Shown: positions 13,086 through 25,500 of the stretch, one piece after another
Numbering within the stretch: the first letter of the stretch is position 1
How the letters are laid out: the number at the start of each line of letters is the position of its first letter
From: Eledone cirrhosa
Taxonomy: Eukaryota
Assembly (NCBI GenBank): GCA_964016885.1
Contig: OZ024747.1
Span: forward strand, 88,722,001 to 88,786,000
DNA length: 64,000 nucleotides
Reading direction: 5' to 3'
Position numbers and translations under genes: made by a program
Notes under the pieces: generated by a model
What the model was told of the DNA's origin: nothing
Database searches by the model: none
The model's input: the letters and a program-made list of their open reading frames with translations, nothing else

Positions 13086-14477
13086 CAGTAGCATAGCTAG
13101 GGTGGGGGCAGTCCGCTCTGGGCAACACTTTTATGGGGGTGGCACTTATGCTGCAGCATAATATTAACAGACTAGTTTATATATATATATATATATATAT
13201 CAAAAAAGAGAAATAGGACGAAAGTAAACAGTTACAAAAGGATTTAATCCACGTATTAACAATTGTTTCATCAGAATATCCTTTTGTAACTGTTTACCTT
13301 CGTCCTATTTCTCTTTTTTTATTACACTCCTCGTTTGTTCGTGTTTCCACCACAGAATCCCTACCAACCTGTAGAGTCACCTTAACGTATGTTGATAACT
13401 TTCCTCACAACTTGTTCTACCAAGCTTTGGAATATTCCTAATTACTGAATATATATATATATATATACATATATATACATATATACAGAGTTCTTTGAGA
13501 TACTAGCTGGAGTGCTCCAGGGAGATACATTGGCTCCCTACCTTTTTATCATCGCAGTGAACTATTGTATGCGCTTTGCGCTGGAGAAACACCGGGACTC
13601 TGGCTTTACTGTAACAGGAGAGTTAAAGCGAAAAAAGATATCGGATGCTGAATTTGCCGATGACATAGTTCTGGTGACAAACACATGCAGGAGATGGAGA
13701 CTGTGTCGATGATTGTGGGGCTGAGAATGAATGAAATTACGTTGAAGTATCTGGTAGAGAATTTTAAGAAGCCAGAGAAGATTACTAATGTAGGTGGGAA
13801 GCCACTAGAATTGGTTGAGGACTTCCTGTATCTGTGAGCAAAGATTGGGAATACAGAAGATGATGTGGTCGATAGGAAGAGCAAAGCCTGGGCAGCGTGC
13901 CACAGTTTGAGATCGGACTTTGAAGTTGGACTTTCGTAAAGACCTGAAGATTCGTCTCTTCGTTGCTGTAGTAGAGTCTGTGCTGCTGTACGAGTCTGAG
14001 ACTTGGACACTGATCAAGAAACTCACTCAGATGGTGGATGGGTGCTACACGAGAATGCTGAGGATAGCTCTGAACATTAACAGTATACACTGAGGAAGAA
14101 GAACTCAGAGCTGTACGGGGGGTCTCCGAAAAGTCAGCTCGTATGTAGCACAGAGGAGACTGAGGTTAGCTGGACATGCTCGCCGACATCCAGAGTTGAC
14201 ACTGCACTCAGTGCTCCTGTGGGAGCCCCTACTTGGACACACTGGAAGAGTAAAACTGAAGTTGACATATGTTGATGCCCTAAGGACAGACACTGGTCTC
14301 TTGGAGATGCAGGACATGGCAGCGATGATGAGAGACAGAGACCACTGGAGAGATAGATAGATACATATATACATAACTTTGATAGTGCGTCACTGAGCAG
14401 TATGTTTTTTTGTGGGGGCCTGGGAGCAGCAAACTGAAGGGCTGCCTCGGGCGGCACACACTCTAGCTACACTATAG
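13086..14477. mobile_element. hAT-type MITE with 8-bp target-site duplication, interrupted by nested insertions
   Basis: GATCCATA at 13078-13085 and 14478-14485; imperfect TIRs cagtagcatagctag and ctagctacactatag. Confidence 0.65.
13490..14355 (+). mobile_element. Decayed RTE-like LINE RT fragment (different family)
   Basis: GVLQGDTLAPYLFII, EFADDI, VEDFLYL, ESVLLYESETWTL, RRLRLAGH spread over several frames. Confidence 0.85.
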
Positions 14478-14737
14478 GATCCATAACTACAATTCAGTCA
14501 TTAATAAGTGTTATTGTTTAACCCTAGGTTAGACCTGATCCACAACTGAATTACATCAAATTTATAATTGTTATTTAATCCCAGGTCAGACCAGAAATAT
14601 CATTATTTTTATTCTTTTATTGGGATGTCAGTAGGCCCACTTCCATATTGACTCAGTTTCTGTAGACGCACCTAACTCTTGCCAGCAGGAAAAGTGAACA
14701 TTAAATGATGAAGGTTTCAGTCATGTTCGAGCCTTAA

Positions 14738-14945
14738 CCCATTAGCGTTTACATTACTCTATATTTAGTGTTAGATTTTCACAGTAAACACTTTATCTTA
14801 TATAATATAGAATCTATGACATTTTCATATTATTTATTTTGAGAACAATACCTTCATATCAGTATGAGCCGCTGGTTGCAGCCAGTTTGAATAGAGAGAG
14901 GTAAGAGAATTCTGGCCAGATATGGCTGGTTTAAATGCTAAAGGG
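14738..14945. mobile_element. piggyBac-like MITE (copies at ~36100-36302 and ~52338-52542)
   Basis: TTAA|CCCATTAGCGTTTA ... TAAATGCTAAAGGG|TTAA. Confidence 0.7.
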
Positions 14946-15872
14946 TTAAATGGATTTAATCGCTTTATCCATCCCAGAACATATTTTTTCAAGTCTAGTG
15001 CTTGTTTTATTGATCTTTATTGATCTAATAGATTTGAGTTGGACATAACATGAGTGACATGAGGTGGCTGGGTTCCTAGAGACAATTAAAAAAAAAATAG
15101 AATGACAATGATCAAGTTGAAGTGGAGAGGGAATAGATTTGACCCCAAAAAAATGAAATTTATTGAGAAATACAAAGAACTCTTTAACCGTTTCTTTGAA
15201 AAAAAAATTTTTTAAACAAGTAATGGTTGGAATATGAACAGTGATGTGTTTTTATGCCTCCAAATATTCTTCTTAAAGAATAAATGTACCATAAATGTGT
15301 TGCCTTGCTTTGCTGTTGTATGGATTGGACTTTCTCTCCAGCAACATCTTTAAAGACAATAATTTTTCTCTGATGAGTCTTATAAGTGCATCTTTACTGT
15401 AGTATATATACACACATATATGTCTACCTGTTGTATCATAAATGTACTTGAAGATGAAACACAGAACAAGAATTAAATCTTGTTTTTATATGTCTTGCTT
15501 TCTCCTCCATATATTTTTGATTATACCTGCTCTGCTTACCTTCTGCATTTAACTCTCCTTAAATATTAACCTCACTATAATATTTGACATTGCATGTCTA
15601 AGCATCAAGCACGCTTTGCTTCGGCTATAGACATCTAATATATCATAGTTCTTTCTCTATTCTTATGATATGTCTCTCACTTTGATATATATACACATAT
15701 ACACACACATATATGTACATATATACACACATATATATACATATATACATACACACACATACACACACATATATACACACATATATATATATATACACAC
15801 ACACACACATATATATACATACATACACACGCACACATATATACATACATACACACGCACACATATATACAT

Positions 15873-15948
<76 letters not shown>

Positions 15949-16670
15949 GTTTCGTTTCTGAATTTGTTTAGCAAGATTCTTTATCCGAAAACGTGTGTTG
16001 AAACCGATATTGTTATACTTTGGGAGGGTCATGTTGCTAATAAGAAACACACGCACCAGTTGCTTTCACTTCAATTTATTATAAATTAAATTTATAAATT
16101 TAGGAATTTATAAATTTTCGGTTGGTTGGTTGGTTCCACAACCAGACGATTGTTCATATATTGTCAAAGTTCTTTCGTCACAGATTCTGTGACCTCTTCA
16201 GTGACTGTGGATTCTTTTCTTTGTTTTTGTGCCTCTCCTTTGTTCTGTCCTACGCCATCTTGCTTTTGTGTGTGTTGTGTGCTTAGTTTGCGCATGTGTT
16301 ACATCCGGGTGTCTGTGTGTGTTTATATTTGATATATATACATATATATACATATATGTGTGTGTATATGTATATATATGTATATATGCATACACACATA
16401 TATATACACACAAAAACAAGATGGCGTAGGACAGAACAAAGGAGAGGCACAAAAACAAAGAAAAGAATCCCCAGTCACTGAAGAGGTCACAGAATGTGTG
16501 ACGAAAGAACTTTTACAATATATGAACAATCGTCTGGTTGTGGAACCAACCAACCAACCGGAAATTTATAAATTCCTAAATTTATAAATTTAATTTATAA
16601 TAAATTGAAGTGAAAGCAACTGGTGCGTGTGTTTCTTATTGGCAACATGACCCTCCCAAAGTATAACAAT
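15949..16670. mobile_element. Non-autonomous fold-back derivative of the PLE family-B pLTR
   Basis: ~260-bp arms (16009-16270 and 16410-16670) in inverted orientation around a TA/CA spacer; each arm carries a hammerhead motif. Confidence 0.85.
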
Positions 16671-18208
16671 ATATATATATGCATGTATGTAATATCGTGT
16701 TTAATATTTCATATTGTATCGTCTGGTTTTCTTCCATTTAATCATAGCATAACTCTCAACTTACTCCCCTTTGTTTTCTTACTGCCTCACACTCTCTCTC
16801 TTTCCCCTCTCACACAGCCCTGCTTTCTCTCTCTATATATATATATATATCTATCTCTCTATCTCTCTCTTTGCTGGCCTCTTCTCTCACACAGCCTTTT
16901 CTCTCGCTCTCTCTCTCTCTCCTTTTTGTTTCCCCTCTCTCTTATTCTGCACTTTCTACTTCCCTCTTTTTCTCCCTCTGTACTTCCTTTCCACCTCTCT
17001 TCTTTACTTCCCATTCACTCAACATCCCCTCCTCTCTCTCCTTCTCCATCTTTTGTCTCTTTCTCTCTGCAACTCCTCTGTATTCCTCTGCCTTTCTCTC
17101 CCTCTCACAAACTCTTTCTGTGTCTTTATATCTGACCCCCTCTTACCATCTCACTATCTCCTTCCTTTCTCTCTCACCAACCAAACATAAACACTCTCAC
17201 CTTACCTCTTCTCCTTCCCCGTTCTCTCTCCTGGAATAAAATTGTGGGTGTACAAAATCAGACTAATTTTACAATCGAAGGGAAGTAATCTGTAAACAAA
17301 CAGAATGACACCAATTCCCTATTTGGGCGCTCTACCAGATAAAAATATCTCGAACAAAATAAATAAGTTATTCGAACACGACAATAAAACATCAATGTAT
17401 TCGCCATAATTACATTCACAACTTTATAATAAAAAATTGATAATGAAAAATAACGAAGTAAAGATAAAATAAAAACCTAAACTTCGTGAAATTCCGGTAA
17501 AAGTATTCGTGTTATTTTTGGCAGACGATAATTACGTCTGTGTGTATATATATATAAATATACCTGTAAACATATGTATACATTTTATATATGCATGTAT
17601 GTATATATATATATAAATTACCTTAATTACAAAAATACTTTCCTAATATCATGTTTAATATTTCATATTGTGTCGTCTGGTTTTCTTCCATTTAATCGGG
17701 AAATAACTTTCGACTCACTCCCCTTCATTTACTTACTGTCTCACTCTCACTCTTTCTCTCTCTGCAGCTCCACCGTATTTCTCTGCGTTTCTCTCCCTCT
17801 CATCCCCTTACTCTCTGTCTTCACATCTGACCCCCTCCTACCAATGTTGATACGTGTGCATATGTGGTGCATGTGATGTGTTTGTTATTGTGTGGTGTTT
17901 ATATTGAATATGTCTGTGTATATTGTGTGCATCTATGTGTGGCTATGTGGTGTGTATCTATGTGATTATGTGTGTGTGTGATGTCTGTTTATGTTGGCAT
18001 TGCTGAATAATAGATACTGTTTGTTAATGTTTCGTTCTAACTTAACAGTTTAACAAATAGAAATTGATAAAATAATACCACACGTGAAAAAAAACTAAGC
18101 ATGGCCGCAGTGGAATAACTGAGGCCAGTACTAGAGAAGTTAGAACAGCTTACATGATTTTCTTCTGATTATTCAGTATTTCAGACTCAATTTCTTTCTG
18201 TCTCCCGA

Positions 18209-18269
<61 letters not shown>

Positions 18270-18271
<2 letters not shown>

Positions 18272-18745
18272 TAAAACCTACTACAGTCAGTAGGCATCTC
18301 CAACAAAATACACCCCCGTCCCACCACCACCACCCCATCCACACCGCCCCTTTCAATATAAAGTTATGTTGGTGCCACAAAATCCAGGCCGAAACAAATG
18401 AGATCGTGTAGGTGTCACGACAAAAAAACACACAGTCCACGCTGTAATGTGACCGTGTAGGCAACACGGTAAAAACCTCCCAGTCCCACACTGTAAATGT
18501 GGTTGGTGTTAGGAAGGGCATCCAGCTGTAGAAAACCCACCAGACAGTCCACGCTGTAATGTGGCCGTGTAGGCAACACGGTAAAAACCTCCCAGCCCCA
18601 CACTGTAAATGTGGTTGGTGTTAGGAAGGGCATCCAACTGTAGAAAACCCGCCAGACAGTCCTATGCGAGCAAGACAACCACTCTTGCCGCAAGTGGGAA
18701 AACTCCCGTCCAAACCCATGCAAGCGTGGAACATGGACGTTAAAC

Positions 18746-18777
<32 letters not shown>
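18270..18777 (+). mobile_element. RTE 3'UTR/tail fragment with internal duplication; related tails at 37430-37830, 48690-48930 (-), 52725-52972 (-) and 55760-56232
   Basis: tgttaggaagggcatccagctgtagaaa...aacccatgc..ggacgttaaacgatgatgatg shared with the RTE copies. Confidence 0.8.
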
Positions 18778-18778
<1 letters not shown>

Positions 18779-18781
18779 ATA

Positions 18782-18860
<79 letters not shown>

Positions 18861-18861
<1 letters not shown>

Positions 18862-19670
18862 TGTTATGCTTTGGGAGGGTCATGTTGCCAATAAAAAACA
18901 CACGCACCAGTCGTTTCACTTCAATTTATTATAAATTAAATTTATAAATTTAGGAATTTATAAATTTCCGGTTGGTTGGTTCCTCAACCAGACGATTGTT
19001 CATATATTGTCAAAGTTCTTTCGTCACACATTCTGTGACCTCTTCAGTGACTGGGGATTCTTTTCTTCTCTTCTTATATTAACTGTAAAACTAGAAATGT
19101 AGTATATAGCATAAAATGTACTGAAGGACAATGTAGAGATAAGAATATAGTGTACATAGGTGGGACAGTTCGTAGTATAGGGAAACGGATAAATGAACAC
19201 TGGCGAGAGCTTCAAGATAGTAAAGAATCATCTGTACTCCACCAACATGCTAAAATAGAACATAAGGGTAAATTAGAGAACATAGAAATAAAAATAGAAT
19301 CTACACACAGAAAAGACGCAATGATTAGACAAATCACAGAGGCAATAAACATAAATGAACTCCAACCAAAATTAAATAGAAAACATGAATGGAACAGCAA
19401 CATCACAACTTACAATTAATGACAAAATGAAAACACAGACACACATAGAACAAACAACCAACCAGTAACATGTAAATAAACAAATAAATAAACAAATATA
19501 AACACACACACAGACACCAGGATGTAACACATGCGCAAACTAAGCACACAACACACACAAAAACAAGATAGCGTAGGACAGAACAAAGGAGAGGCACAAA
19601 AACAAAGAAAAGAATCCACAGTCACTGAAGAGGTCACAGAATGTGTGACGAAAGAACTTTGACAATATAT
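18861..19670 (+). mobile_element. 5'-truncated Penelope-like element, second family (GIY-YIG C-terminus + pLTR) preceded by an inverted pLTR
   Basis: 19150-19419 encodes YIGGTVRSIGKRINEH...QITEA...LNRKHEW, homologous to 25327-26112; ~18995-19065 is inverted relative to ~19605-19670. Confidence 0.88.
19621..19663 (+). ncRNA. PLE family-B hammerhead motif (other copies 16163-16205 -, 16474-16516 +, 19009-19051 -, 22333-22375 +, 28451-28493 -)
   Basis: gtca-CTGAAGA-g-gtcaca gaatg tgtgac-GAAA-gaac-TT-tgac. Confidence 0.75.
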
Positions 19671-19890
19671 GCCGATTATTGAGTCGGGTAAGATCGATAC
19701 AGATCGAACCTTGAGCTGATCAGTGGCGAAACGCGCGTCACCTACCAATAAATGTAATGAAGGAGTAACCAATCGTCCTTGTTATCCTTTCAATATATTA
19801 CACTCTGTATAGCTCTACACCTCAACACAGAAGTGAACATAAACATTGAGTGCTCACCCGGGTGAACCTGCAGTAACTCCAAGTTACACT

Positions 19891-19971
<81 letters not shown>

Positions 19972-19974
<3 letters not shown>

Positions 19975-20366
19975 TGTTATACTTGGGGAGGGTCATATTG
20001 TTGTAATGATATTGCCAGAATTAATAACAGAACACACTCACTGTTTGGTTGGTTTTCGCTTCTGTATCTTTTATATCAGTTAATTCATTCGGTCCTCAAT
20101 GTTACCATTGACTGACCAACGGTCCTAAATACAGACATAATATAGATATAAACACATATATATAGTCTAACAAAGTTCCTTCGTTGCACATCTGCAACAT
20201 CGTCAGTGGTGCTATTATGTTCCTCCTGTTGTATATCTACGCCAAAGATGGCGTAGATATATATGAATTAACTGATATAAAAGATACAGAAGCGAAAACG
20301 AACCAAACAGTGAGTGTGTTCTGTTATTATTTCTGGCAATATCATTACAACAATATGACCCTCCCC
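19972..20366 (-). mobile_element. Non-autonomous PLE family-A pLTR with a partial inverted copy
   Basis: 19972-20240 is the reverse complement of ~26310-26591; 20263-20366 is an inverted partial copy. Confidence 0.85.
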
Positions 20367-21039
20367 ACACACATATCAGTAACTATCGTCTGCTTCCAAC
20401 AAGCGCCAATGTCAACGTTATTTATTTTACTCTTTCTTCCGTGTTTTTCATTAACAATGTCTTAGAGAGTTGTAAATGTTATTATAGCGAATACGTTGGT
20501 ATTTCTTGGTTTGTTTATGTACATATATATTTTCTAGAAGGTATTTTAGCTGGTAGAGCGGCCAAGTAAAGTCTTGGTGTCGTAACGTTTTAAACCAATT
20601 CGAGTAACAGTTCAAAGGGGGGAAAATCGTGCAGGCCTTCTGGTATATGTGTAAAGATTATTCTCCCTTACACTCTTAATTTATTTTGATTCCACGAAAA
20701 TCTCGAATATTTATTAGGAGCGTCGTGAATATGATTCAGAGATTATTTGTTACGCTGATTTCAGTTATTAGACTGTGGCCATACTGGAACATCGACTTAA
20801 AGGGATTTACTCAGTCACATCGTCACCAGTACTTATTTTATCGATCTCTTTCTGTCGAAATGATTTGTTACAGTCCATAAACAAACAGTAAATACAGTCA
20901 TGTACACCATCATCATTATTTTACGTTCATTTTCTATTTTGTGTGGGCTAGACGAGATCTTCCTCATACTATAATTGTATCACATTAGAAAGTGAAATGT
21001 TTACCTCTAACACTATAAATTTTTAGAACCTGTATGCTA

Positions 21040-21111
<72 letters not shown>

Positions 21112-21118
21112 GTGTATG

Positions 21119-21165
<47 letters not shown>

Positions 21166-21167
21166 CA

Positions 21168-21445
21168 TGATGTGACTGGTGGTTGATATTCCCTCTCTGA
21201 AGCCGTTCTGGTTGCGCCTGAGCTTCTTCTCCATCTCGGGCTGGATCCTGTTAAGAATCATCCTGTTGAGGGTCTTTGCCACAAGTGCCGTCAGTGAGAA
21301 CCCACTGTAGTTGTTGGTGTTAAAGAGATCTCCCTTCTTTGGCACTGGGACGATGTTACTGATCCTCCACTGATTCGGGGCAACTCCTTTCTCCAGTGCC
21401 TGGTTACAGAACTCCAGGATGATATCAAAATCACACCTCTTCATC
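21168..21445 (-). mobile_element. LINE RT N-terminal fragment
   Basis: W...NIVPVPKKGDL..NY.GFSL..LVAK.LNRMILNRI...QNGFREG.STT. Confidence 0.85.
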
Positions 21446-22146
21446 CCCTGTCATTAATTGAGCAACATCGGTGAGGTTGGCACCCTTAACTCACGGTTGG
21501 GCGTGGATGCATTCATGTATATGTGTGTGTCCGCATGTATCTGTGTGTTTCTAAATATATTGTTAATAACTCCCTCTGGTCGAGTAATCTTTGAAGTGTG
21601 GTGACTGCTGGAAAGCTGCCATTACTCATACTTCTCGCCTCCTTCACCACCTCTTCTACGGCTTCGATATAAATACCCCTCCGCCTCTGTGGTATTTTCT
21701 TCGGGGTTATAAGAGGCTTAGCTCTGTTTCTCGACCGTTATATCGCGTGACTATCTCCCCCTCCGCCTTTTGGGATTCTTTCTCACGTCGTGTAGACGCG
21801 TTCTTGAGGCTAGTAAAATGAGGTATCCTCTTGATAAGTCGGCAGACCTCGCAAGGACTCTATATCTTTATGATGTATTGTTTTTGTTTATGCCACGAAA
21901 CTACGTAGTCGAGGAATCTAGGAACATTTTAGGTATGATACATTTTATTACTAATTATATCTAAATGTTCCTTCTCTCTTCATAATGTATTTTTAACTCT
22001 GATACTGGTTCAGTCTGGTTCAACCGGATTGGTCTGTCCCAGTCATTCATTGAGCAACATCGGTGAGGTTGGCACCCTTAACTCACGGTTGGGTGTGGAT
22101 GCATTCATGTATATGTGTGTGTCCGCATGTATCTGTGTGTTTCTAA

Positions 22147-22200
<54 letters not shown>

Positions 22201-22206
<6 letters not shown>

Positions 22207-22588
22207 ATACTTTGGGAGGGTCATGTTCTGTCCTACGCCATTTTGTTTCTGTGTGTGTGAACACACACACAGAAACAAAATGGCGTAGGACAGAACAAAG
22301 GAGAGGCACAAAAACAAAGAAAAGAATCTCCAGTCACTGAAGAGGTTACAGAATGTGTGACGAAAGAACTTTGACAATATATAAACAACCATCTGGTTGT
22401 GGAACCAACCAACCAACCGGAAATTTATAAATTCCTAAATTTATAAATTTATTATAATAAATTGAAGTGAAAGCAACTGGTGCGTGTGTTTCTTATTGGC
22501 AACATGACCCTCCCAAAGTATAACAATATCGGTTTCAACACACGTTTTCAGATAAAGAATCTTGCTAAACAAATTCAGAAACGAAATA
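22201..22588 (+). mobile_element. PLE family-B pLTR derivative with short inverted ends
   Basis: Matches 16410-16670; begins attgttatactttgggagggtcatgtt, the inverse of its own 3' motif. Confidence 0.8.
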
Positions 22589-22596
22589 TATATAGT

Positions 22597-25500
22597 TTTG
22601 CGAGGTTTACGATATGAAATCGTGTGTCGAAACAAATATTGTTATACTTGGGGAGGGTCATATTTGTGTAATAATATTGTCAGAATTAATAACAGAACAC
22701 ACTCACTGTTTGGTTGGTTTTCGCTTCTGTGTCTTTTATATCGGTGGCTAATTTATGAAAAGAACAATATACACAAAAGTTAACGAACTTTACAGACAGA
22801 AACGCATTAACGGTAAGGAAGTTCGAAATCTCACCACACCAAACGAGAGGGATGAACTCATGAGCGTCATTCGACGTGAAACGAAATGCGCCCGAAACGA
22901 ATGCAATAGGCATTTCAATAAAAAAAATTAGAATGGATGAATAAGAAAAAAATATAAGAAAGAAAAATAGAATATTCACAAAAATACCCAGATAACATCA
23001 ACAATATCCGTATGACTGATGTAGAACTACTGGAAGAAATTACCAATGACCACACAGTAAATATTTATGGGAACACTTTAATCAGTGAACAAGAACAACA
23101 AATCCTGCAACTACCACCAAAATTTGCTATCTACAAAAAGATTAACCCTATCGAGTGCAAAACGGAGCTGGAAAAGTGTTTCACAAAAATACGTTGGAAT
23201 GCAAAAGTAAACAACAACAACTATACGGACAACAATAATAACGGTAGTAGTAATATAAATAATAACTCTGAGTATAGAAATAACAGCTATAATAGTAATA
23301 GTCATAACAATAACAATAGCAGGAGAGCGAGAAATAGTAATAATGGTAATAATATTAACGATAGACAGAACAACAACAATAATAATAATAGAAACATTAA
23401 CGACAGACACAGCAGCAGCGACCACAGTAGTAATAATGGTAATAATACGAGTAACAACAACAACAACCACAGTGGTAATAATAGAAATAATACATGTAGC
23501 AACATTAATGATAGACACAACAACAAAAACAAGAAACATAATAAAAGTAACAACCACAATGGTAGAAATAACAGAAACAACAACAATAACGGTGGAGAAA
23601 ACAACAACAATACATCTAACAATCACAGCAACAATACATCTAGCAATCATAACAATAATAATAATGTTAATGATAGGAACAACAACAACCACCATAATAA
23701 CAATAATAGCAACACACAACTATGACGATAGATATAATGACAACCCCTTAGAGAAACTATTCTTCAATCCAGCTGACAAAACATATTAGATGGGTAATAT
23801 CTATCCTACGAGGTTACCCTTTAATAAAAGGGTTTGTATACCACAACAAATAGATGACGAGACATAGGCACATTTCACCATAGCTAGAAATAAGATTAGA
23901 CAAATAGTAGACCGGTATACTCAGAGACAAAGCAGACCAGAGGTCCAACAACTTGGGAGGAAACCTGTAGAAGGCTTGGTTAGCCTCAAGCAGCGCACAA
24001 GGGATGGTGAGGTAGTATGTCTACCCACGGATAAGCCTGGTAGGATGTCAATAGACAGCATGCCGAACTACATCAAGGCTATGCAACCCCACATCACCAA
24101 CACGAGCGAAATTGCACAGCAAATACATGATGGGAGAGAGAAAATCCTCAACGCTCACATGATGATGTGGACCGACATCCTAAAGCCAAGCAGACGCACT
24201 GCCAACAACTTCCAGGCGTCTAACAATGGCATACCACCCTTGTATGGGCTCCGAAAAGACCATAAGACAGTCGACGAGCCGACAACAAGACCTGTATGCG
24301 GAGCAAATATAGCTAGCAACTACAGGATATCCTACTTCCTCTCAATGGTTATACGCCCCATAATCAAGATGTCCCCAGATGTATGTGACAGTACAGAGGA
24401 CCTCCTCAGCAGAATCAGTGAGTGCAACAAAAACAAAAACCTATCCAACTGCATAATGGGCAGTGTGGATGTGGTATCACTGTACCCATCCATTAACGTT
24501 GATTTTGCTGTGGAAAAATGTGTGGAGATGATCATTGAGAGTGAGGTGGACTTCTGCGACGTCAACACAGACGAACTGGGCCTCCTACTTAGACTTACCT
24601 ATGACACTGACTACCTAGACAGCCATGACCTTAGACGTTTCTGCCCCAGTAGACCCATAAGAGGTAGACCCCCCCCCCCCCACCACCATAACCTCAATGG
24701 CAAAATAGACTCCCATGGGAAGGTGGATTGGGTGGACCAAAGCTATACGGACCCCCCAAAACAATGATCAGGTAAGAAAAATGGTCGCACATGCAATAGG
24801 GGATAGTATCAAAACTACCCTAAAGGGCCACATATTCAACGATAAGATCTACACCCAAAATGAAGGAGCAGCCATTGGCGTCAGCATAGCTGGTGACGTT
24901 GCCAACCTTTTTATGGTATGGTGGGAAAGGAGACTCAAAGATCTCCTTGATGAGATCTCCATAGACCGCATCAGGTACTCTCGTTACGTAGACGACATCA
25001 ATATAGTAATAAGGACATCCCCACAAGAGAGTACTAACAAGTTTGATTTAGAACGTAGCACAATGGAAAGCATCCAGCAGATAGCTAATTCCATACACCA
25101 GAGTATAACTGTAACTATCGACTACTCTTCCAAACACCCTAACAATAGACTACCTGTATTAGACACGGAACTCTGGATTAACACTATAGACAAGAGAGCC
25201 CAAATTTTCCACTCACACTACGCTAAACCCATACCTGATACTCAAAAACTCAGCAATGTCCAGTAGTACTACGTTTAATATTCTGATCGCAGACTTGGTA
25301 CGAGTGATGAAGAATGTGTCCCGCATGTGCGACCCAACAGAAATGGAAAGACACATCCAACACTTCATCAACCGCATGCAGTTCTCTGGCTACAACCAAA
25401 GAGACAGAATCAGAGTATACGAAGGAGCCACGGAGAACTGGACATGAAAGGAATTTGCCCATTATACAGGAGCAAATCATGGAATAGCTTAGATAGTACT

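Noticed and set aside
16623-17239. Leu/Ser/Phe-rich ORFs resembling membrane proteins
   Set aside because: CT-rich low-complexity tract open in all three frames
23723-23725. TGA as a selenocysteine codon in the PLE ORF
   Set aside because: A TAG follows two codons later and homology continues in another frame, so this is a frameshift rather than recoding
23111-23789. Hydrophobic (V/I/L) and Thr-rich ORFs overlapping the Asn tract
   Set aside because: Alternative frames and antisense of the AAC/AAT repeat in the PLE
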